DNA of 64,000 bases, taken from Spirochaetia bacterium (GTDB lineage: Bacteria > Spirochaetota > Leptospiria > Turneriellales > JAOUFE01). The position numbers and the translations under genes were made by a program. This document shows, piece by piece, positions 47,818-57,576 of the stretch. Positions within the stretch are counted from its first letter, which is position 1, and each line of letters opens with the position of its first letter. The stretch is from the NCBI GenBank assembly GCA_029857955.1, contig JAOUFY010000003.1, positions 21,628 to 85,627 on the forward strand, written 5' to 3'. Below the pieces are notes generated by a model, which saw only the letters and a list, made by a program, of their open reading frames with translations, had not been told where the DNA came from and made no database searches.

Positions 47818-47864
47818 AACTTATGATTGTAAATGTTTTATCTGATGTAAATACTTTTTTTAAA

Positions 47865-47913
47865 GGGGCGTAGCACGCCCCCAGGCAGAACAAGGTTCTG
47901 CCTACCCCACGCG
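47865..47913 (+). repeat. GC-rich double-hairpin intergenic repeat, copy C
   Basis: GGGGCG-TAGCA-CGCCCC, C spacer, AGGCAGAAC-AAG-GTTCTGCCT, then ACCCC-ACGCG. Lies in the divergent Sel1/aspC intergenic region. Confidence 0.7.
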
Positions 47914-47976
47914 TTAATTCGTTCTGAGGTCAGATGCGGAAAATATAAAAATTGCTTGCCGATGTGATTTATATCT

Positions 47977-49209
47977 ATGACGAGCTTTGCCATGCAACTA
48001 TCAAATCGATTAAACGCAATTGAGGCAAGCCCTACGCTGGCATTGACAGCTACAGCCAACAAACTAAAAGCTGAAGGCAAAGATGTGGTGGGTTTTGGAG
48101 CAGGGGAACCTGACTTTGATACCCCCGACTACATTAAAGATGCGTGTATAAAGGCGCTTAAAGACGGCCGTACAAAGTACACACCTGTTGTCGGCATAGA
48201 GCCATTGAGAAAGGCCGTTGTAGATTACATTAAACGTGATTATAACCTGACGTATAAGCCTGAAAACGTTGTGATCAGTACAGGCGGCAAACACGTTTTA
48301 TACAATATTTTTATGTCAATTTTAAACAAGGGCGACGAAGTGATTATACCTGCGCCGTACTGGGTAAGCTATAAAGACATCGTTATGCTTTCTGAAGGAA
48401 GTCCAGTAATTCTTCAGACCACTTTTGAAAGCGGTTTTAAAATAACACCTTCTCAACTGGAATCTGGCATTACTTCAAAAACCAGAGCCGTAATCATCAA
48501 TTCGCCGTCAAATCCGACGGGGGTGGTGTATAGCGAAGAAGAACTAAAGGCTTTTGCTGCTATCCTTGAGAAACACCCCGATATATGGATCATCACGGAT
48601 GATATCTATGCCAAACTCATTTATGACGGACGAAAATTTTTTAACCTGGCGATGCTTTCTGAAAAACTTCGTGAAAGAGTGATCATTGCCGACGGTCTTT
48701 CCAAGGCTTTTTCTATGACGGGCTGGCGACTTGGCTATGCGGTTACCATGAACACAGGTCTTGTTAAAGCCCTTGAAAAAATTCAAGGGCAGAGCACTTC
48801 CAATGCAACCAGTTTTGCCCAGTATGGGGCAGTGGCCGCTTTAAACGGTGATCTGGCTTTTATTGAAAAAATGAACAAGGCTTTTATCGAAAGAAGGGAT
48901 TATTTATTTGAAACTCTCTCAAAAATGCAAGGCATAAGAGTGTTTAAACCTGCCGGCGCATTTTATATTTTTCCGGATATTGCAGAGCTTTCGAAAACAG
49001 CCAAATTTAAGCAGCTTATGGAAAAATACAAAGAAACCAGCGTCAGCAAGGCGTTTAGCGCAGCCCTGCTTGAAGAAAAAATGGTTGCGATGGTTCCCGG
49101 AATTGCCTTTGGTTATGACAATGGCATGAGAATCAGCTACGCCATGTCTTTAGAGGAGATTAAAAAAGGCATGGTACGTATGGGCGAATTTGTTCGCGCA
49201 TTGTACTGA
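47977..49209 (+). CDS. aspC: Class I aspartate/aromatic aminotransferase
   Basis: GFGAGEPDFDTPDYIK N-terminal motif and SKAFSMTGWRLGY PLP-lysine motif. An alternative start lies at 47992. Confidence 0.88.
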   Translation: MTSFAMQLSNRLNAIEASPTLALTATANKLKAEGKDVVGFGAGEPDFDTPDYIKDACIKALKDGRTKYTPVVGIEPLRKAVVDYIKRDYNLTYKPENVVISTGGKHVLYNIFMSILNKGDEVIIPAPYWVSYKDIVMLSEGSPVILQTTFESGFKITPSQLESGITSKTRAVIINSPSNPTGVVYSEEELKAFAAILEKHPDIWIITDDIYAKLIYDGRKFFNLAMLSEKLRERVIIADGLSKAFSMTGWRLGYAVTMNTGLVKALEKIQGQSTSNATSFAQYGAVAALNGDLAFIEKMNKAFIERRDYLFETLSKMQGIRVFKPAGAFYIFPDIAELSKTAKFKQLMEKYKETSVSKAFSAALLEEKMVAMVPGIAFGYDNGMRISYAMSLEEIKKGMVRMGEFVRALY

Positions 49210-49221
49210 TTTATAAAGTAT

Positions 49222-49377
49222 GCGGGGGATTAGCGTAAAACGCCCGATCTCTGGTTAGCTCTTCGATATAACCATCTGGCCGGTCATTTGGCTATCGCCG
49301 GCCTATAAGTCGGGCGTTTGCAGCGAAAGGGGGTTGTGATGATCCATCTCATCGAAAAAATCAATCGCCCCCTTTTT
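49222..49377 (+). ncRNA. Candidate structured RNA or cis-regulatory leader upstream of rpmB (unknown family)
   Basis: GC-rich island with no ORF. A perfect 10-bp stem (AAACGCCCGA 49238-49247 / TCGGGCGTTT 49310-49319) encloses two hairpins (TGGTT/AACCA; GGCCGG/CCGGCC). An AAAGGGGG/CCCCCTTT stem followed by a T-run ends at 49377. Confidence 0.4.
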
Positions 49378-49469
49378 AAGTGAGTTTCGGCTTTTGTTTT
49401 AACGAAGTTCTGCGGCTTGGTGAAATCTTCTTGACGGCGGATCTAAAAACTGACGAATATCCGGTAATT

Positions 49470-49715
49470 ATGGCAAGAAAATGTGATATCACCGGCAAGG
49501 GAACAAGAACAGGGCATAATGTAAGCCATTCCCATCGAAAAACCAAAAGAACTTTTAAGGCGAATGTACATAGAAAAAGAATTTATCTGGAAGACGAAAA
49601 AAGATGGGTGAGCTTGAACGTTTCAACCCGCGCTTTGCGAACCATCCAGAAAATCGGTATTCGATCATTATTAAAAAAACATCCTGAAGTTAGAAAAATT
49701 TCAAGAGCCATTTAA
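49470..49715 (+). CDS. rpmB: 50S ribosomal protein L28
   Basis: [33 protein letters not shown] is the canonical L28 N-terminus. The track ORF's GTG-start extension from 49380 is not supported. Confidence 0.92.
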   Translation: MARKCDITGKGTRTGHNVSHSHRKTKRTFKANVHRKRIYLEDEKRWVSLNVSTRALRTIQKIGIRSLLKKHPEVRKISRAI

Positions 49716-49731
49716 TCTCCATACGAGATTT

Positions 49732-50025
49732 ATGCAAAAATCCGGAAAAATACTTCAGGGAGTAAAATACTGTCCGAAATGTTCTGGTGAAATGGGACTT
49801 CTATGGAAAGATCGTAAACGCAGCGAAAATGCGTACGCTTCTGAACGTATGCATTTTATACTGTGTATGACCTGCGGCTACGGACGTACGGAACGTTTTA
49901 TCAACAATACTTACCCCATCATTTTAAGCTATGCTCCTGACGGCCGACTCATTACGAAAATTGTCGAAGGCAAAGATATTCTCACTCGACCTATAGATGC
50001 CACCACGATTGCGGCATCTGAGTAA
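49732..50025 (+). CDS. Hypothetical zinc-ribbon protein
   Basis: 97 aa with CPKC...CMTC Cys pairs. I recognise no family. Confidence 0.5.
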   Translation: MQKSGKILQGVKYCPKCSGEMGLLWKDRKRSENAYASERMHFILCMTCGYGRTERFINNTYPIILSYAPDGRLITKIVEGKDILTRPIDATTIAASE

Positions 50026-50090
50026 TCAAAAAAGACTTGAAAAGTAAAGTTACTTTACTTCATTGTTCATCGATAACCTGTTAAAACATT

Positions 50091-50516
50091 ATGGCAACCA
50101 TTAAATTTGAAATACCGGTTTATACTTTTGATATTGACTTTAACGGTCATGTCAGCAACATCGTTTACATCCAGTGGATGGAAATTGGACGACTTAAGCT
50201 GCTTGAAGCTGTAGGTTTGCCCATATCTAAAATTGTTGAAGATGGTTTTGGTCCATTACTTGTTGAAACATCAATTTCTTATAAAAAGCCATTGTTTCTT
50301 TCGAATGTTGCAACGATCGAACTCTGGCTTTCAGAAATTGGAAAAGCTTCCGCATGGATTGAGTTTCAAATTTTAAATGAAAAAGGCGAACTAGCAGCAA
50401 TGGCCAGTCAACGAGGTTTATTTATAAATTACAAATCGGGAAAACCGCATCGAATCACTTCAGAAGACAGGGCGCGGTTTGAACTGTATCTTATTGACAA
50501 TTCCCTGAACGTATAG
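50091..50516 (+). CDS. Acyl-CoA thioesterase, 4HBT/YbgC-like hotdog fold
   Basis: VYTFDIDFNGHVSNIVYIQWME is the typical N-terminal catalytic region. Confidence 0.8.
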   Translation: MATIKFEIPVYTFDIDFNGHVSNIVYIQWMEIGRLKLLEAVGLPISKIVEDGFGPLLVETSISYKKPLFLSNVATIELWLSEIGKASAWIEFQILNEKGELAAMASQRGLFINYKSGKPHRITSEDRARFELYLIDNSLNV

Positions 50517-50522
50517 TTTTGA

Positions 50523-50702
50523 TCATTTATTTTTGCTTTTGATTATTTTATAAAGAAATTCTTTAATAAAAAAAAGCATTACAACAATCACTATAATACC
50601 AAGAATGTATACAAAAAATACAATCCACAAAGGAATTAAAACCACCATAAGTCCAAACAGTATCCAGCCAATCTTGGATAAAACCTGAGAGTTGTTTTTC
50701 AT
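50523..50702 (-). CDS. Possible small hydrophobic membrane peptide (59 aa, below the ORF-track cutoff)
   Basis: My own translation gives MKNNSQVLSKIGWILFGLMVVLIPLWIVFFVYILGIIVIVVMLFFIKEFLYKIIKSKNK*, with two predicted TM helices. It fills the gap between the thioesterase and the M50 protease. Confidence 0.3.
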   Translation of the reverse strand: MKNNSQVLSKIGWILFGLMVVLIPLWIVFFVYILGIIVIVVMLFFIKEFLYKIIKSKNK

Positions 50703-50735
50703 TGACTTACACCAAATTAATAACTGTTTTTTAAA

Positions 50736-51473
50736 TTATTTAAATTGTAATATATCAAAGAAGAAATTTGAAATAAAATGAATGAGCGAACTTATCGGTA
50801 AAATTTGAATTTTACTTTGGTTTTCAAAAATAATAATACCAAACAAGGCAAAGCTTCCATATTTATAAATGTATTGAAACATTTTTTCATTTTTTTTCTT
50901 AAGATAGGTCAGGTAAATGTGAGAACCGTCAAGAGGCGGTATGGGGATTAAGTTAAAAATAAACAAACCGAAATTTAAAACTCCGCCTAATAAAATCCAT
51001 TGAATGATGCCTTCTCTTTGTAAATTGCTGGTAAATATATTTAAAGAAAATAGTAAACGGGCTAAAACAAACAATGCAATTCCCAGAATCAGGTTTGATA
51101 ACGGCCCTGCAACAGAAATCCATATTTCATCTCGATGTTTGTTTTTTAAATTATCCGGATTGATGATTACAGGTTTTGCCCATCCAAAGCCGGCAATCAG
51201 TATAAAGAAAAACCCAAGTGGGTCAATGTGTTTGACTGGATTAAACGTCATCCTGCCCATGTCTTTTGCAGTGGAATCTCCCAGTTTATAAGCTGTATAG
51301 GCATGGGCGTATTCGTGAACGGTTAAACCTAAAATAACAGCAGGTAAAACTTTCATCATTTCGAGTATATTAAAATTTTCCATTACATCTGAAAATGTTC
51401 TATAGATTGATACGTCAATCTTTAAACCAGGGCGTTTAAATTTTAGCAGAAACGTTTGAAATTGGTTTGACAA
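50736..51473 (-). CDS. Site-2 protease family (M50) zinc metalloprotease
   Basis: HEYAHAYTAYKLGD HExxH motif within a TM helix, and a downstream LIPIPPLDG motif. Confidence 0.85.
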   Translation of the reverse strand: MSNQFQTFLLKFKRPGLKIDVSIYRTFSDVMENFNILEMMKVLPAVILGLTVHEYAHAYTAYKLGDSTAKDMGRMTFNPVKHIDPLGFFFILIAGFGWAKPVIINPDNLKNKHRDEIWISVAGPLSNLILGIALFVLARLLFSLNIFTSNLQREGIIQWILLGGVLNFGLFIFNLIPIPPLDGSHIYLTYLKKKNEKMFQYIYKYGSFALFGIIIFENQSKIQILPISSLIHFISNFFFDILQFK

Positions 51474-51500
51474 AAATTTTTTAATGTATATCTTTGAATT

Positions 51501-52160
51501 ATGAAAAGTGTACTATTGATTGGCGCTACCGGTTTAGTTGGCCGAAGTTGTTTAAATTATCTTTTATCTGAAAAATGGGTGGGAATGGTGACGGTATTAA
51601 CCCGAAGACCAGTTGACATTAAACATAAAAAGCTCATTTGTGAAGTTGTTGATTTTGAGCACATTGAAAAATATAAACGGAGAATAAAATGTGACGTCAT
51701 GATATCAGCTTTTGGAACAACCATTAAAAAAGCAGGCCATGACAAAGATATTTTTTACAAATGGGAAGTTGACTATCCGCTCAATACAGCTAAAATTGCT
51801 TTTGATAATGGCTGCCGTCATTTTAGTTTTGTCAGCGCAGCAGGAGTCAGCGAGAAATCATTATTTTTTTATTCGAAAACCAAGGGAAAAATGGAAGAAC
51901 TTGCCGGGAAAATCGGCTTTGAGACTCTGGATATTTTTAAGCCATCTTTTTTGCTGGGCAATCGAAATGAGCATAGACCTGCAGAGGCAATTGTTGAAAA
52001 AATTCTTCCGGCAATGAATTTTTTGTTTAAGGGACCTTTTGAAAAATACTCGCCCATTGAAGCTGACAGCGTTGCCTTGGCTATCGTTAAACAAGCTGAA
52101 AATCCGGTTCCAGGCGTTCATCGTTACCATTGGAGAGAGATGAAAGCAATATGTAATTAA
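51501..52160 (+). CDS. NAD(P)H-binding atypical SDR (HTATIP2/TIP30-like)
   Basis: VLLIGATGLVGRSCLNYLL Rossmann motif; 219 aa. Confidence 0.7.
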   Translation: MKSVLLIGATGLVGRSCLNYLLSEKWVGMVTVLTRRPVDIKHKKLICEVVDFEHIEKYKRRIKCDVMISAFGTTIKKAGHDKDIFYKWEVDYPLNTAKIAFDNGCRHFSFVSAAGVSEKSLFFYSKTKGKMEELAGKIGFETLDIFKPSFLLGNRNEHRPAEAIVEKILPAMNFLFKGPFEKYSPIEADSVALAIVKQAENPVPGVHRYHWREMKAICN

Positions 52161-52302
52161 TTTAAGAAATGTAAAAAAAAATATAAAATTAATCGATTGA
52201 TGATCATTACATTCCAATTACCATCAGTAAACTTTGGCAAATACGATAATAACCGTTTAAAAATTTTAACTTAAGAAGAATTAGTCTTACTTACTTACTT
52301 AT

Positions 52303-52986
52303 TTATTGAGTTATGTAACGATTATTAGCATAAATATATTTATGCCGATTAGATTCCGTGTCGCCTGAAAATGAAGGGCCTGAACCTGGTGAATGAGATG
52401 TACCAAACATTAGTTCATTAAAATTATTTCGATAAACAAGAGTATAAAGCGGCTTGGGTTGACCGGCAAACTGACAGGCTGCGTAATCATATTTTGCTCC
52501 GTTGGATAAGGTTCCCGTGGCGCACCCTTTGCTGATCGTGGCAAGATTGCAGCTGCTTGTTTTGCAGGTAAGCTCTGCAGAGACATTTGTTATATTGACA
52601 TTTATTGCAGATACAGGTTCTCTGGACCAGGTTTTATATTCTAATTTGTCGATATCGTAATAAATGATTTGTGTTTGAACATATAAATTTGTAGCAAGCG
52701 TTGATTTTGCAATGATTGTATTTGCCAATGTCACACAGTTTGTGTCAGAATAATTGTTAATGGTTAAAGTCATGTTGGTTCCCACTATTTCCAATTCTGT
52801 TTTGTGCGAAGCAACAACGGCAACAGCTCCAGAGACGAGACCATAATCTGAAGTACAACCTTTTGAATTAACAGTTGCACCCCAGGGTTTGTAATAATAC
52901 TTTCCATCAATAAAAAAAATAATCCCACAAAAAGTAAATGATAAAAGTAACAATAATGCTGCCCATTTTATTTTTTTACTCATCAT
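52303..52986 (-). CDS. Hypothetical secreted or lipoprotein-like Cys-containing protein
   Basis: N-terminal signal (KWAALLLLLSFTFCG) and a Thr/Asn/Cys-rich mature region. I recognise no family. Confidence 0.5.
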   Translation of the reverse strand: MMSKKIKWAALLLLLSFTFCGIIFFIDGKYYYKPWGATVNSKGCTSDYGLVSGAVAVVASHKTELEIVGTNMTLTINNYSDTNCVTLANTIIAKSTLATNLYVQTQIIYYDIDKLEYKTWSREPVSAINVNITNVSAELTCKTSSCNLATISKGCATGTLSNGAKYDYAACQFAGQPKPLYTLVYRNNFNELMFGTSHSPGSGPSFSGDTESNRHKYIYANNRYITQ

Positions 52987-53038
52987 GGTTCATCTAACTT
53001 TTATTAAAACATTTTATGCACAGTTACTTTATTTAAAG

Positions 53039-54076
53039 TTATTTTTTCATCACGCGGCCTTCAAAGAAAATTGCAGTGATGTTGGTATTTGGTGTTACAT
53101 CAAAACTGTAGTTTAAAGCTTTTACTTTAGCGGCATGTCGTATTCCCTGACATTCGAACACTTCTTTTTCACTGCGTTCTTCAATTGGTATATCATCACC
53201 ACTTTTGATGTTTGCGTCAAATGTTGACTCAGGCGCAATTACAAAAAATGGAATTTTATGTTCTTTAGCTAATACTGAAAGTCCATAAGTACCAATTTTA
53301 TTGGCGACATCACCGTTTTTGCTGATTCTGTCGGCTCCTACGATGATAAAATCAATCATCTTTTTTTTCATCAGTACTGCCGCCATCGAATCTACAACTA
53401 AAGTTCCCGGTATGTTTTCTTTTTCAAGTTCATATGAAGTCAGACGAGCTCCCTGTAAATAAGGTCTGGTTTCGTTTGAATAAACCATTTCCACCTTACC
53501 ACGATCATGTAAGACACGAATTAAACCCACTGCGGTTCCAATGCCGCCGGTGGCAAGCGCTCCGGCATTGCAATGAGTCATGATTCGATATTTTTTATTT
53601 TTAATTAATTTTTCAATAAAATCTGCTCCAATGACCGACATGTCCATGCAGCGTTTTGCATCATCTTCATGTATGGCAACGGCATCATTGTATAATTTAA
53701 TGATAAACTGCGCCGGTTCAATTCCTGACTCAATCAGCTTTGTTGCCTTTTCAAGCATAACGCCGGTTGCCCAGAATAAATTTACTGCTGTCGGGCGGGA
53801 TTGGTCCAGTCTCTCTTTAATTTTTTGCATGGCGGCAACGGTTGGTTTTTTACCGCTATTTACAAGTTTTCTGGCTCCTAAATAAAATCCATAGGCTGCA
53901 GCAACACCGATGGCAGGAGCTCCCCTGACGTGCATAACTTTAATAGAATGTGCGGTTTGAACTTCATCAGTACATTCAATCCATTCTGTTTTCATTGGCA
54001 GCAAAATTTGATTTAACAACAAGAGCTTGTCTCGTTTCATTTTTATAGGGACAATTTTGGGGTTTATACTTTTCAT
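53039..54076 (-). CDS. mtnA: S-methyl-5-thioribose-1-phosphate isomerase (eIF-2B alpha/beta/delta family)
   Basis: VRGAPAIGVAAAYG, THCNAGALAT and VGADRI motifs. Confidence 0.88.
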   Translation of the reverse strand: MKSINPKIVPIKMKRDKLLLLNQILLPMKTEWIECTDEVQTAHSIKVMHVRGAPAIGVAAAYGFYLGARKLVNSGKKPTVAAMQKIKERLDQSRPTAVNLFWATGVMLEKATKLIESGIEPAQFIIKLYNDAVAIHEDDAKRCMDMSVIGADFIEKLIKNKKYRIMTHCNAGALATGGIGTAVGLIRVLHDRGKVEMVYSNETRPYLQGARLTSYELEKENIPGTLVVDSMAAVLMKKKMIDFIIVGADRISKNGDVANKIGTYGLSVLAKEHKIPFFVIAPESTFDANIKSGDDIPIEERSEKEVFECQGIRHAAKVKALNYSFDVTPNTNITAIFFEGRVMKK

Positions 54077-54078
54077 TT

Positions 54079-55617
54079 TTAATTTTCCTTTTTCTTTAAT
54101 AATGGGAATAAAATTACATCTTTAATAGAAGGGCTATTGGTCATCAGCATGATCAACCGGTCAATACCGATTCCAAGTCCCCCTGTGGGCGGCATACCCA
54201 CTCGAAGTACGTCGATAAAATCTTCATCCATTTCAATGACTTCGGCTTGACCGGCTTTTTTCATTGCAACTTGTTGTTCAAATCTTTCTTTTTGATCAAA
54301 AGGGTCATTAAGTTCGGTAAATGCATTTCCAATTTCCCATCCATTTATATATGGTTCAAATCGTTCGACCAATACATGTTCTTCGGGTTTTGATTTTGCA
54401 AGAGGCGACATCGCTTTTGGAAAATCCGTTATGAAAACTGGCTGAATTAGCGTACCTTCAACCTTTCCTGAGAAGACTTCATCAACAACTTCCCAAAACG
54501 TATGACACTTTTTTACATCAACTCCAATGGATTGGGCCATTTTTTTGGCGTCTTCAACTGAAGGATCATTTGTGTTTAAAAACGGTCTGAAATTTAATCC
54601 TGTTTTTTCTTCAATTACACCAAGGTAAGTTTTTTTCTCCCAGGGAGTTTTTAATGAAATGGTTTTATCTCCATACGTCAGTGTATCTGTTTTTAAAACA
54701 GTTTTAACAAGATGTGTGATAATTTCTTCAGTAAGCGTCATCATATCTGAATAATCGGCATAGGCCTGGTAAATTTCCATCATGGTAAACTCGGGATTAT
54801 GTTTAATACTAATACCCTCATTTCTAAAATTTCTGTTTAATTCAAAAATTTTTTCAAAACCGCCAGCGATCAATCTTTTCAAATGCAATTCAGGCGCAAT
54901 TCGTAAAAATAAGTCCATTCCCAGAGTATTGTGATGAGTTTGAAAAGGTTTTGCTGCAGCTCCTGAAGCAATGCTGTGCATCATAGGTGTTTCAACTTCT
55001 AAAAAACCTCGACCAATTAAAAAACTGCGAATTTCCGAGATGATTTTAGAGCGTAGAACAAATGTATTTTTCACGTCGGGGTTTACAATTAAATCGAGAT
55101 AACGTCTTCTGTATCGCTGTTCAACGTCGGCAAAGGCATCAAATCTAACGCCATCCTTTTCTTTAACAACGGGCAGGGGGTATAAATTTTTAGAAAGCAT
55201 GGTAATGCTTTCAACCCGTATAGACGGTTCGCCTGTTTTAGTTTTAAACGTTTCTCCGGAAACTCCAATTATATCACCTATATCAAGTTCAGTAAATACA
55301 AAATATCCATTTTCATTTAACAGTGTATTATTTGAATAAACCTGAATTTGACCGCTAAAATCTTTAATATTAAGAAATCCTGCTTTACCCATGGCTCGGC
55401 GTGTCATTACCCTGCCTGCTATAATCACTTTATTCTGCGGAACGTCATTTGTATTGAACATTTCAAGAACATCCAATATGTTATGTGTACGTTTAAATTG
55501 ATTTGGGTACACATTTATTCCGTGTTCGGTAAAAGATTTATATTTTGATAATCTCTGTTGAATTAATTCCGTTTCAGATTGGTTCTCGGACGAATGATCA
55601 TCGTTGTTTTCAGACAT
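54079..55617 (-). CDS. lysS: Lysyl-tRNA synthetase, class II
   Basis: OB-fold N-domain plus class II motifs (FRNEGIS, GGLGIGIDRLIML). Confidence 0.95.
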   Translation of the reverse strand: MSENNDDHSSENQSETELIQQRLSKYKSFTEHGINVYPNQFKRTHNILDVLEMFNTNDVPQNKVIIAGRVMTRRAMGKAGFLNIKDFSGQIQVYSNNTLLNENGYFVFTELDIGDIIGVSGETFKTKTGEPSIRVESITMLSKNLYPLPVVKEKDGVRFDAFADVEQRYRRRYLDLIVNPDVKNTFVLRSKIISEIRSFLIGRGFLEVETPMMHSIASGAAAKPFQTHHNTLGMDLFLRIAPELHLKRLIAGGFEKIFELNRNFRNEGISIKHNPEFTMMEIYQAYADYSDMMTLTEEIITHLVKTVLKTDTLTYGDKTISLKTPWEKKTYLGVIEEKTGLNFRPFLNTNDPSVEDAKKMAQSIGVDVKKCHTFWEVVDEVFSGKVEGTLIQPVFITDFPKAMSPLAKSKPEEHVLVERFEPYINGWEIGNAFTELNDPFDQKERFEQQVAMKKAGQAEVIEMDEDFIDVLRVGMPPTGGLGIGIDRLIMLMTNSPSIKDVILFPLLKKKEN

Positions 55618-55658
55618 GGGTAAATATCTGTTAAAATGACACGCTGTAAACTAATTTG

Positions 55659-56018
55659 TTATAAAACAGAACGTTCAGGATGAACCCGTAAAATAGCATC
55701 GTCAAGGTTATCACATACTTCCATGCTACTTAAAACGCCGATAAGTTCAAAGACTTGTCGGATTGTATTGCTTAAACTTGAAATTATAAATCGACCGCCA
55801 TTTTCTTCTGTGTAGTTTTTTGCCTCTAAAATCACGCCTATCCCTGTTGATGAAATAAAAGTTATTTCGCTGAAATCCATAATTACATTTTTTTTACCTG
55901 AGAGTAAAACATCATTTAATTTTTTTAAAAAATAATTAGAGTAACTAAAATCAATTTTTCCATTCATCGTAATGACTACATAGTTTGTTTGATTTGATAT
56001 TGATATATTTAGATCCAT
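55659..56018 (-). CDS. STAS-domain anti-sigma-factor antagonist (SpoIIAA-like)
   Basis: 119 aa. DFSEITFISSTGIGVIL contains the conserved phosphorylatable Ser context. Confidence 0.8.
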   Translation of the reverse strand: MDLNISISNQTNYVVITMNGKIDFSYSNYFLKKLNDVLLSGKKNVIMDFSEITFISSTGIGVILEAKNYTEENGGRFIISSLSNTIRQVFELIGVLSSMEVCDNLDDAILRVHPERSVL

Positions 56019-56120
56019 ATAATTTTCATTATTTAAGACGTATAATAATGAATTTTTACGACATTTATTGGATTTTTTTATAAAAATGTAAAAAAAATAC
56101 TTTTTAAGTAATATAAATTT

Positions 56121-56804
56121 ATGAAAGTATTACATCATTTATTAAATTCATTATTACCCTACGATTGCCCATGTTGTGAAAACAATGTCATGGAACCTTT
56201 CGCTACACTCTGTCAGGAATGTACAAATTATTTTGAGAAGCATCTTTATTTGCAAAATATAAATTTGGCCCATTCTTTAAACAAACCATTGATTGATAAA
56301 AGAGAATTTTATTTTCATCATTTATTTTATATCGGGTATTATAATTTTCGCGAGAAATCTGTTTTTCAAAAAGCAAAGTTTCATAATGATGTCGTCATGC
56401 AAAATTTTTTAATTTCTTTTTTAAAACAAAACGGTCAAGGTTACTTTCAAAATATAAATTACCTGATTCCCGCGCCTTCGTCAAAAGATTTGATTTATTT
56501 CATAACACAAAAACTGGCAAAGCATTATAAAATACCCGTTATAAATATTTTTAAAAAAAATAAAAAACAACAAAGTAAAACACTTGATCAGTTTTCCAGA
56601 TACAGAGAAATACAAAACAACATTATGTTAAAAAATAATAAAAAAATTTCAATGAATTGCAATGAAAAGTTTTTAATTATTGATGATCTGTGGACAACCG
56701 GCGCAACGATGAATCATTTATGTAAACTTCTGGTTAATTATGGTATATCTCACTCACAAATTAACTGTCTGGTATTATTTATACGGCCTAAAATACAGGA
56801 ATAA
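56121..56804 (+). CDS. comF: ComF-family phosphoribosyltransferase-domain protein
   Basis: N-terminal CPCC...C..C zinc motif and a C-terminal PRTase motif FLIIDDLWTTGATM. Confidence 0.8.
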   Translation: MKVLHHLLNSLLPYDCPCCENNVMEPFATLCQECTNYFEKHLYLQNINLAHSLNKPLIDKREFYFHHLFYIGYYNFREKSVFQKAKFHNDVVMQNFLISFLKQNGQGYFQNINYLIPAPSSKDLIYFITQKLAKHYKIPVINIFKKNKKQQSKTLDQFSRYREIQNNIMLKNNKKISMNCNEKFLIIDDLWTTGATMNHLCKLLVNYGISHSQINCLVLFIRPKIQE

Positions 56805-56851
56805 TCGTTTATAATAGCTTGTTTACTTTATAAAGTAAAAAAGAATTGTAG

Positions 56852-57562
56852 ATGAGTTTCATAGTTATGCTGATACAGTCCATGTCTGAAAGTACACTAC
56901 GAATAGGAAAATTTTTAGCGCATGCAGGCGTTTGTTCCAGACGTGAAGCTGCTGATTTTCTTAAAAATAACGATGTATTCATTAACGGGAAAAAAATTAT
57001 AGATTTAAATCATCAGGTTCGTTCAGACGATTTTCTTGTGGTAAACGGTGACCCGGTAATTTTAAAAAAAATTAAAGTTATTTTACTAAACAAACCAGCG
57101 GGATATGTTTGTACCCATAAAGAACAAAAAAATCAAAAATCAATTTTTCGACTTTTACCTGAAGAAATGGGCCGATATTTTTTTGCAGGACGTCTTGATG
57201 AGGAGTCACGAGGTCTGGTTGTTTTATCAAATGATGGCGATTTAATTTATCAACTGACTCATCCAACCCGGAAGACAACAAAAATATATCATGTACATTC
57301 TTCGAGACCGTTGTCGTCGGATGAAATGGAAAAAATCAGGCGAGGGGTATGGAGTAAAAAAGAAAAACTAAATGTTGATTCAATTAAACCGCTTTTTAAA
57401 AAAGCAAGTTATGAAATTTATTTACATGAAGGAAAAAATCGTGAAATTCGACGGATTTTTGAATCTCTCGGCTTAACCATCATTGATCTTTATAGAATTT
57501 CCATTGCAAATTATTCAATTGAAGGTATTGAAGAAGGTAAGTATACTGTTATAACCAAGTAA
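56852..57562 (+). CDS. Pseudouridine synthase, RsuA/RluB family, with an S4 domain
   Basis: S4 motif RIGKFLAHAGVCSRREAADFL and catalytic GRLDEESRGLVVLSNDG. The true start is possibly internal, near 56882. Confidence 0.85.
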   Translation: MSFIVMLIQSMSESTLRIGKFLAHAGVCSRREAADFLKNNDVFINGKKIIDLNHQVRSDDFLVVNGDPVILKKIKVILLNKPAGYVCTHKEQKNQKSIFRLLPEEMGRYFFAGRLDEESRGLVVLSNDGDLIYQLTHPTRKTTKIYHVHSSRPLSSDEMEKIRRGVWSKKEKLNVDSIKPLFKKASYEIYLHEGKNREIRRIFESLGLTIIDLYRISIANYSIEGIEEGKYTVITK

Positions 57563-57576
57563 GTAACACAATTTTT

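Noticed and set aside
49380-49469. GTG-initiated 30-codon N-terminal extension of rpmB suggested by the ORF track
   Set aside because: L28 canonically begins MARKC..., found at ATG 49470. The extension would also run through the terminator-like T-run region.
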